Shown here piece after piece: positions 57,010 to 64,000 of a stretch of 64,000 nt of DNA (the first letter of the stretch is position 1; each line of letters begins with the position of its first letter). Both the position numbers and the translations under genes were made by a program. The DNA is taken from the NCBI GenBank assembly GCA_039189765.1, contig JBCCYL010000022.1:16115-80114 (forward strand), read 5' to 3'. This stretch comes from Cyanobacteria bacterium P01_F01_bin.150. GTDB taxonomy: Bacteria > Cyanobacteriota > Cyanobacteriia > CAKZMO01. A model generated the notes under the pieces. It saw only the letters and a program-made list of their open reading frames with translations. It ran no database searches and was not told where the DNA came from.

Positions 57010-58719
57010 TTACAAGCGGTGAGTACGCTTACGTGTGCGTTGTGATTGCTTGCGCTTAGACTGCTTCTCTTCCTGGCGTTTCTTGAGCAGCAGTAGTTTC
57101 TGCACCTCAGATATCTGGCCTCGTGCATACGCAATCTCGATACCAAGACGAGACCGGGGAACTCCTTTTTTAGGCGTGGCATGTCCCTGTTTTCGATGAA
57201 GGGCAAGGCGTTGCCCAAGCTTCATGCGTCCTGTCCAGTACTGAAACTCAATGCCAAGGTTAGTCTGGGGCTGCTGTCTGGCACGGGTATATTTCAGATA
57301 AGTACGACGGCTAATCTGGCCTGTGGCGTAGAGAAAAAGAAGTTTACGCGCCACATGTTTACGTCGTTTTTTGGCTTTGGCTCGTGCTTTTTGAATACGC
57401 TCATCAAGACTTTGACGGCGCGTTACCAAGGCTCGAAACTGACGCACCAAACTTACAGGGCGGGAAGCGTGAATGTTTTTTGGGGTTCGTTGTGCAGGTT
57501 GTTGGTGAGAAGGAACATGCTGTTTTATCACACGAGCTTGATGTTTTAATTGCTGTCGCCTTTGATAATCAGGAGCCACAGAACCAGGTTCAGCCACAGA
57601 ACGTTTAGTCGTACTTTGGGGGGTAGAAGCTCTCTGCTTAGTCGGTGATACGGCTTGCTTAACTTCTGGTTCTTTCTTCTGAAGGGAAACGGCTCGTTGC
57701 CGAGACTCTTCAAGAAACGTGACTGCATCAAACCCATGCTCTTCGGCTATCGTCCTCCAATGTTTTTTGAGTTCAGACATCCTCACATTTTTCGATTTAT
57801 TCTTCCTACTTTCCAAGACCGCAGCTTGGACTTGATAGGATGTGGGATTCTTGGTCTCTGGGTACATCTCCTTCAGCTTCTGTTTCACCTCCTTACTACG
57901 TGTACTGAGTGCATCGCACAAGTTCTGAGGTATGCCTTCAATGCAGTAAGTCCAGCCGTTATCAGAGTCAAATTCAGTTCGTCGGTAACACAACCCATAC
58001 TCTTGCAATTCCCTCGAAAGATGAGAATAAAAGGACTCTCGAAACTCTTGACCATGACCGTGGATAAATGGCTTGTTTAAAACTCGTCGAGAATCCAATG
58101 CACCACTGCGACCATCCGCATGAATCCCCGCATTGATAAAAACCATATGGAAATGCAGGTCAGGCTCTTCATTCCTATTAAGTTGGTGAGGGAAGAGAGC
58201 AACAACAAGACCTGCCTTTTCACGTCCCCCTTTACCTCCCGCGCCTCGGCGAACATATCCAACTTGGCGTTCTATGTTCTGGATTGTTTCTCCAGCAGCT
58301 TGTGCTGCTGCTTGGTAGATTTTCTTGCGTACGTTTACAGGCCCCAACATCCCTAAAATGGACACATCCTTCCCCAAGGAGACGGTCAAATCAAGGGCCA
58401 CCACCGATTTACTAATTTTTTCTTCTCCTGTTTTATCGTTAACATAGCTTCGCTCTGTTCCTAATCCCTTTCTCAATGGAGTTCCGGTTACAGGGTTATA
58501 GCCTTGAAAAAGAGTGCTGAAACGTGAATCCGCTTCCAAAATCGGCATAGAGGTGAGACCTAGTGCTGTTGCTCCTTGACCTAAGAACGCCCCCATTACT
58601 CGTGTTTGTTTTTCCTCACCACCATCAGAGTGAATATTTGAGAGAAGATAATACTCAAAGCCCTTAGTGTAGTAGAGAGGATCGCCGCTACCCACATGGA
58701 TAAGGTGAACATTAAGCAC
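57010..58719 (-). CDS. MOB-F (TrwC-like) relaxase without a helicase domain
   Basis: YY...YY near the N-terminus, G.GA.ALGL, DLTVSLGKDVS, HQLNRNEEPDLHFH and STRS motifs. Confidence 0.9.
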   Translation of the reverse strand: MLNVHLIHVGSGDPLYYTKGFEYYLLSNIHSDGGEEKQTRVMGAFLGQGATALGLTSMPILEADSRFSTLFQGYNPVTGTPLRKGLGTERSYVNDKTGEEKISKSVVALDLTVSLGKDVSILGMLGPVNVRKKIYQAAAQAAGETIQNIERQVGYVRRGAGGKGGREKAGLVVALFPHQLNRNEEPDLHFHMVFINAGIHADGRSGALDSRRVLNKPFIHGHGQEFRESFYSHLSRELQEYGLCYRRTEFDSDNGWTYCIEGIPQNLCDALSTRSKEVKQKLKEMYPETKNPTSYQVQAAVLESRKNKSKNVRMSELKKHWRTIAEEHGFDAVTFLEESRQRAVSLQKKEPEVKQAVSPTKQRASTPQSTTKRSVAEPGSVAPDYQRRQQLKHQARVIKQHVPSHQQPAQRTPKNIHASRPVSLVRQFRALVTRRQSLDERIQKARAKAKKRRKHVARKLLFLYATGQISRRTYLKYTRARQQPQTNLGIEFQYWTGRMKLGQRLALHRKQGHATPKKGVPRSRLGIEIAYARGQISEVQKLLLLKKRQEEKQSKRKQSQRTRKRTHRL

Positions 58720-58722
58720 GAC

Positions 58723-59097
58723 TTATTTATCATCACAGAGCACCTCAATCATCACAGCCTGGGCCTCATCAGGAGACAAGCCCCCTACCATCACAAGGAG
58801 CAATGTGGTGGTCACCATGAGGGTGTTGCGAAGGTTGACTGTTTCGTTCTGAAGACCTTCCAGGTCATGCTGCAACCGTCTTATCTCAGCAGTCATCAAG
58901 GAGATATCTGACAGAAGTGATGCAGCCGTGGGGTTTTCTAAATTAGCAACAATACAGCGACGTGCCATTTTGCTAATGCTAACTCCGGCTGCCTCCGCAG
59001 CATCAATAAGTTCCTTGCCATAGGGCTGGGGAATACGACAGTGAACTTTCACATCATCGTGATTATCTGCAAGGTCCGTAGTCTCAGCAGATGTCAT
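58723..59097 (-). CDS. Relaxosome accessory RHH protein (TrwA/MobC-like)
   Basis: VHCRIP...AAEAAGVSISKMARRCI then a coiled coil; immediately upstream of the relaxase. Confidence 0.7.
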   Translation of the reverse strand: MTSAETTDLADNHDDVKVHCRIPQPYGKELIDAAEAAGVSISKMARRCIVANLENPTAASLLSDISLMTAEIRRLQHDLEGLQNETVNLRNTLMVTTTLLLVMVGGLSPDEAQAVMIEVLCDDK

Positions 59098-59111
59098 AGC
59101 TCTTGAACCTC

Positions 59112-60053
59112 CTAGTATTCAAGAGGTTCATTAAACTCCTGGCACAATTCAATGTGCCTAATGTTTTCACGCAAGGTGCTATTCACAAAACCATAAATTG
59201 CTGAGGTTCCCACCAGAAGATGATTCACAACATGGAGGAAGGCTGACTGTTGCTGTCTACGCGAGAGACCACCACACCAGTAGAGAATCCGTTGGACGCC
59301 ATTGCCTTCATCAGGGGGTAATGGGGGTTCATAGTTAATGACATAGCGATTGAGCTTTGCAAGATTACTCAAGTATCCATCAACTTCATCATCAATGCTC
59401 CGCATCAGCTTTTTTGAACGCACATGAAAGTAACTCAAGTTCGTAGCAGGAAGCACATGCTCAATCCCACTAAATGGAGGAAAGGGAAACTCATGGTGAA
59501 CAAAGCGTAGGGTAAGGTGAGTGTTCTCTTCAATGACGCCCAATGCTTGTAATTGAGATTGCTTATCTGTCAGAGTTCGCAAGGCAAGTAAGGCTTCTCT
59601 CGTTGCTTCTGTTTGCTGTGTCAAGTCGCGTTTGGCTGTTTTCAAATACTGGAGTGGTCCCTCCAATGGCGAAGATTCAAGGTAATGGTCAAAAGCTAGA
59701 TGTGGCACGAAACCTTCATCGTTCATTGCCTGGATGAGGCTCTCTAGGGAAGGGTTCCAGGGCTGAGCCTCTTCTGATTCAACAAACTTATTTTCTACTA
59801 CCTCCAGGCTAGCAAAAAAATGTGATCGCACCTCGTCCTCTGGTGTCAGGTTTCCAACCTGTGCCTCCTCTATTTCAACAATCTCAGTTTCTAAAACCTC
59901 CTGGTCAGTCCAGAAGTACGTTTGCACTTCTTCCTCTGGAGCAGGGTTAAAGGCTTGAGCTTCTTCCGTGACAACAATCTCGGTTTCTAGAACTTCTTGT
60001 TCCGTCCACAAGTATGCCTGCGCTTCGTCCTGCATCGTGGGGATAGATGTCAT
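59112..60053 (-). CDS. Hypothetical protein with three acidic 32-aa repeats
   Basis: ATGA coupling to the upstream gene; repeats at aa 10-105. Confidence 0.7.
   Translation of the reverse strand: MTSIPTMQDEAQAYLWTEQEVLETEIVVTEEAQAFNPAPEEEVQTYFWTDQEVLETEIVEIEEAQVGNLTPEDEVRSHFFASLEVVENKFVESEEAQPWNPSLESLIQAMNDEGFVPHLAFDHYLESSPLEGPLQYLKTAKRDLTQQTEATREALLALRTLTDKQSQLQALGVIEENTHLTLRFVHHEFPFPPFSGIEHVLPATNLSYFHVRSKKLMRSIDDEVDGYLSNLAKLNRYVINYEPPLPPDEGNGVQRILYWCGGLSRRQQQSAFLHVVNHLLVGTSAIYGFVNSTLRENIRHIELCQEFNEPLEY
59739..60026 (-). repeat. Three degenerate 96-bp coding repeats
   Basis: EAQAYLWTEQEVLETEIV / EVQTYFWTDQEVLETEIV / EVRSHFFASLEVVENKFV. Confidence 0.8.
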
Positions 60054-61324
60054 GATGCACCTCCTTGGTTGTCATAAGAGTTGCGATAGTGAGCTTCCAT
60101 TTCTTTCATGCGTTGGTGATGTTTAAGACCAGTACTGGATTTCCAACTAAGTTTGACCGTGGGCAGATTTGCGTAGTGATAGGTCAGCAGAATAGAGATA
60201 ATGCTCGTGACAAAGCTCAAAAAACCAGGTGCGAGCATAGTCACTTTCACGCCCCCTTCTCCACTAGAAAAAAGGTCTACGGCCTGATTGAGTTCTTCTC
60301 GGCCAGAACGAATACGACCACTTGGATAAAAATAAGCGTCATAAAGTTCTGGTTTTTCTTCTTTGAGGAATACTTGAGAGTTATCGCCATACTCGCTTTT
60401 AATCTCGGCCTCCTGATCCCTCAACGCAGTGTGTGCTGTTTCAATTTCCTGTTGCGCTTCTGTTGCTAGTCGTTCTGACTTGGGACAGGCAGGAAGTGAG
60501 TCAGTCGGTACACCTTGCCAGCGCTGCGGTGAGACATCATGAATATAGGGGCCATAAGCTGCACGAAAGTAATGATGATAGGTCTCATCTCCCATTGCCT
60601 TACGCATCTCGTACTGCTGCATGAGATCAGCGCATTGAAAGCCAATCGCCTCAGCATACGACATTTTATCTTCCGCATCCTTAATTGCTGCCTGTTGTGG
60701 GGCCAAGACATGAGTCGCAACCACATCTTGAGCAATCCTCATACGGATATCAGGCTGGAATCGCAAGAGGAGAATACCGAGGGGGCCAGGACAACTCGCA
60801 GCAAGATTGATAACGGCATAACTAACTGCTGCCGTATTCGCCCATGGATTTTTACGATAGGGCTTAATCACGGCCTGCTTCTGAGACACATTAGAAAAAG
60901 CATAGACACTCAAAGCCAAGGCTGCACCAGTAAAGACATTTCCCATTGCCACCACAGTAAAGGGAAGTGTAGTGAGAAAGTTAACCGATTGGGCAATGAG
61001 ACCTGTTGAGGCAACAGTATCAGCACGTTTTCTCGTGACACGATCAGCAACATAGCCAAATAAGTCACGCCCTGATATCCATAGCACTTTCCTTACCAAA
61101 GACTGATGTTGGGGTTCTTCGGCTTGTTGCTGAATACGATAAGCAATAGTGGGATTATGCATTGCTCGAAGCTTCACGTCGCTCAAGGAGGGTACTTCAT
61201 CTTGAAGACTGATATTACTACTAGAGAGATGAGGCACTTTCCCATTAGAGAGAGGATCCATCTGATGAGTCATATATGACGCTCCTATTAGGTACAAAAG
61301 AGACACTAAAAAAAGAAAAAACAA
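60050..61324 (-). CDS. Multi-TM protein with a soluble loop domain
   Basis: Three N-terminal hydrophobic segments, a coiled coil and a C-terminal TM; likely start at MTHQM (~61273). Confidence 0.7.
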   Translation of the reverse strand: MFFLFLVSLLYLIGASYMTHQMDPLSNGKVPHLSSSNISLQDEVPSLSDVKLRAMHNPTIAYRIQQQAEEPQHQSLVRKVLWISGRDLFGYVADRVTRKRADTVASTGLIAQSVNFLTTLPFTVVAMGNVFTGAALALSVYAFSNVSQKQAVIKPYRKNPWANTAAVSYAVINLAASCPGPLGILLLRFQPDIRMRIAQDVVATHVLAPQQAAIKDAEDKMSYAEAIGFQCADLMQQYEMRKAMGDETYHHYFRAAYGPYIHDVSPQRWQGVPTDSLPACPKSERLATEAQQEIETAHTALRDQEAEIKSEYGDNSQVFLKEEKPELYDAYFYPSGRIRSGREELNQAVDLFSSGEGGVKVTMLAPGFLSFVTSIISILLTYHYANLPTVKLSWKSSTGLKHHQRMKEMEAHYRNSYDNQGGAS

Positions 61325-62180
61325 GGTTCTGCTACAGCGGCTTTTTTACACATGAGCTTGTGTCCACCACATCATTGAAAGAATGCTGCTGTATACCGAC
61401 AAAACATCACATGCTGTTGAGAGAGTGGCTCTCTGAAAAATTGACATCACGAACAGTTCATGGAAACCACCTCCTTGGTGTCCATAATGAACAAGAGTCA
61501 TTCGTAGTAGCAGCTAATTATTTAGAGTTTGAGAGTAATATCAAGGACCTCAAAAAAATCTCATACCGTTTTTGTGTGGACTTAAACCAAATAAAAATAG
61601 ACACGGTAATTTTTTCAGCAATCAAGTTTAGGAAATTAAACTTTAGATACTTGAGACTGCGGACCATGAATTATTAAACTAACTACTCGAATTTCCCTAA
61701 AAACACATGAAAACAATAGCCAGACATAAAGATATCAACCGTAAAGGCTGAAACTCCCACATCTGCGACACACACATTTGCAGGACATAAAGCTAAGTTC
61801 ATCATGGAAAGCACCCTGAGCACTACAGAGAAGAGAAGGAAGGGAAAGCCGTCCAAAGCCATATCAATGAGATTCCCTTCCTATGGCAACCATCTATCTA
61901 TGAGATATGTGCAGCCATAGAAGAAGTTGTACAATACTCAAAATTCGGTCGTCAAAGTTCCTAAAAAATATCTTGAAGCTCTTTCAGCACAAGGCTTTCA
62001 GATTCGGCAAAAAAAAAACGAATATCTTTCGCAAATAAACTTTACAAACTAGTTTTACAGAGTTGAACGCCATAAATTCATTCACCTTGCCTAAAAAATC
62101 TATATTCTGCTGAACAGAAAACGTTGCCATTGCTAGCGCTATACATGAATAAAAAATCTGTACAGTTGCAACGTGAAGTG

Positions 62181-63068
62181 GGTCGCGCCTCAGAGAAACG
62201 GGGGATAGATTGCAATATCCAAGTCTGGGTGGCTAATCCAACCCGTTGGGCCGATGTATTGTTCAATCGAGAGTGTTGCCATATCCAGTTGAAGTCACTC
62301 ACCACTAAACGAGTGGTTACTTTTGTCTGCTCCCATCGCTTTCCAAACTTGTTCTGACGTCGGTGCCATCGCCCCGTCTGCTGCCGTACAATCCCATTGG
62401 TACGCTCGACTCGTTGAGTGTTTTCCTTGCCCACGATATGAGTGGCATCAAGGGGCAACACCTACTCATAACCGCCCCATCCATCGGTATACCAAATCTT
62501 GGCATCGGTCTTCCCCTCAGCACTGACCACCAAGTCAGTTAAGAAGGCATCAGTATGCTTTCCCAGTCGGGCACTCAGAATCAAGCCACTCTCTCTGGCT
62601 AGACTGATGCCTATCCAACAATCTCCCTTCTCTGGCTCCTGAGGTAAACAATGCTTTTGTTTTTTGTATAAACGACCATATTTCGTCCGCAACAATCTCT
62701 TGAGTCTCAATGGATTGAACCGCTTTGTTGTGGACTAGCTCAGCTTTCTGGCTGGCCCTGCGAAGAACGCTGACGACCGTGCCATAGGCTCGGTGGCTCA
62801 CTCAGACCACCCCACGTAAACTGGTGCCTTCTGCATGAGATTGGAGAATCCTCTCCACCTCCTCAGGCATGATCTGGCGTCGATAGTACATCGTGTTGAT
62901 CGTCGCAGTAAAGGTTTTGCCACACCGAGGACATTTGAATCGTTGATTTCCTTTGCTCATGCAGTCGTGCTTATGAGCTTTCGAATGATCACAGTAGGGA
63001 CATTGTATAAGGCATCACCTGATTCAACAGGCTCCTTGACGAATCCCACGTTTGGTTAGTTCACGACC
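62181..63068 (-). mobile_element. Degenerate IS1-family element
   Basis: Imperfect terminal IRs GGTCGCGCCTCAGAGAAACGGGG and GGTCGTGAACTAACCAAACGTGG flank transposase fragments. Confidence 0.8.
62200..63008 (-). pseudogene. IS1-family transposase pseudogene
   Basis: Zn ribbon (CPYC...CPRC), ADEIWSF, YTDGW and VERTN lie in different frames, with an in-frame TAG at ~62462 and an apparent ATA start. Confidence 0.85.
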
Positions 63069-63374
63069 CTCAACATTACAAAACTGGGTTAATCAACATC
63101 AGCCCCCTAAAACACCGTTTAAGTATGAGCATTCTAAATCAACGGCCCCGCTGCAAGCAGACGGGATATGGAATACCTTTTTTGCTCTCACTCACGCCCT
63201 AAAGAGGGAGGAATGTACCTTTTGAGATTCAATGTCATTCTCAGGCATCAAGGAGAATCATCATAGTGCCAATTAAAAGGAATGGTAACGATAAAACCGA
63301 GACCAAACCTAATTCAGAATTTAAAATTCTAAAATAAAACCCAAAATTAAATTCAAGAAGAATCAAATTTCTGT

Positions 63375-63917
63375 CTATTGCCACCAATGAGGTGTCCACT
63401 CATCTACAGTTACCCAATCTTGACAAAGAACAACAGGATGTGACTTTCCAAAGTCTTTTAAGCCAGGGAAAAGGCCAAGTAAACATGCCTCTCGTCTTTC
63501 ATAGCCAAGACAATTATGCCGTATTGAAACTAAAACTGCATGAAACAATTTTCTGCGTCTACCATAAGGATTAACACCTAATTTAGAATAAAGATTCATG
63601 AATGATTCAGGAGCATTTTTTATATTAAAAATACCATTATCAATACAAATCCAGTAATGGCCACTTATGATATCAAAACCTTTCAATTTTCTAAATTCAG
63701 GTATTTTTTTTGTTTTAATTAGCTGAGAGCTAACACTCTTAGAGTAGATGTATTCATCAGCATGCATAAGTAATGAGTAAGTCCCCCACATCTTACTCGA
63801 CACTCTATCATTTGAAGCACCAGGAATAGAGCAGAAATAACCAGAAGTGAGAATAAAAGTAAAAGCGATCTCAGCACTATAAGCTGTAGAAAAACAAAAG
63901 GATACAACATCAGTCAT
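63375..63917 (-). CDS. AT-rich hypothetical protein
   Basis: 180-aa ORF with AGAGG upstream. Confidence 0.5.
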   Translation of the reverse strand: MTDVVSFCFSTAYSAEIAFTFILTSGYFCSIPGASNDRVSSKMWGTYSLLMHADEYIYSKSVSSQLIKTKKIPEFRKLKGFDIISGHYWICIDNGIFNIKNAPESFMNLYSKLGVNPYGRRRKLFHAVLVSIRHNCLGYERREACLLGLFPGLKDFGKSHPVVLCQDWVTVDEWTPHWWQ

Positions 63918-64000
63918 TTCAAAATTCCTCTATAGTGGCGGGTGGTTGTGGGTTATTTGGGTTAATTAAGGAGAAAAAATAATATAGTTTATTTTTAAAA

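Noticed and set aside
61276..61677. 133-aa plus-strand ORF
   Set aside because: No motifs, and it overlaps the start region of the mob operon; probably spurious.
62078..62801. Separate ORFs of 127, 82 and 83 aa
   Set aside because: They are fragments of a single broken IS1 transposase.

Overview
This window looks like part of a large cyanobacterial plasmid. The inference rests on the protein families present (DUF4114/DUF4351-type domains, an AEP-type Rep, a cyanobacterial IS1) and scattered HIP1 GCGATCGC sites. Left to right it contains: (1) parAB with a perfect 42-bp parS-like palindrome; (2) accessory genes (radC-like JAB protein, membrane-anchored PLD nuclease, PAPS-reductase-like protein behind a long TTGACA-containing hairpin); (3) a compact unit of primase-type Rep, RHH regulators, ParM-like actin, membrane proteins, an FtsK-like ATPase, an M23/lytic-transglycosylase fusion and a second AEP-like protein; (4) a 4286-aa RTX/Ig/split-vWA/RHS protein, an Rpn nuclease, a KfrA-like protein, a DDE IS and a 1070-aa RTX protein with a permuted papain-like domain; (5) a tyrosine recombinase divergent from a two-gene DNA methyltransferase plus Dna2-like nuclease-helicase operon, the best candidate for an undescribed defence system; (6) a MOB-F relaxase/coupling-protein operon and a decayed IS1. 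A degenerate 8-7-8 palindrome (AAANCCTT-N7-AAGGNTTT) recurs, mostly between genes. No rRNA, tRNA or CRISPR array was seen. All calls come from reading motifs by eye, with no database searches.
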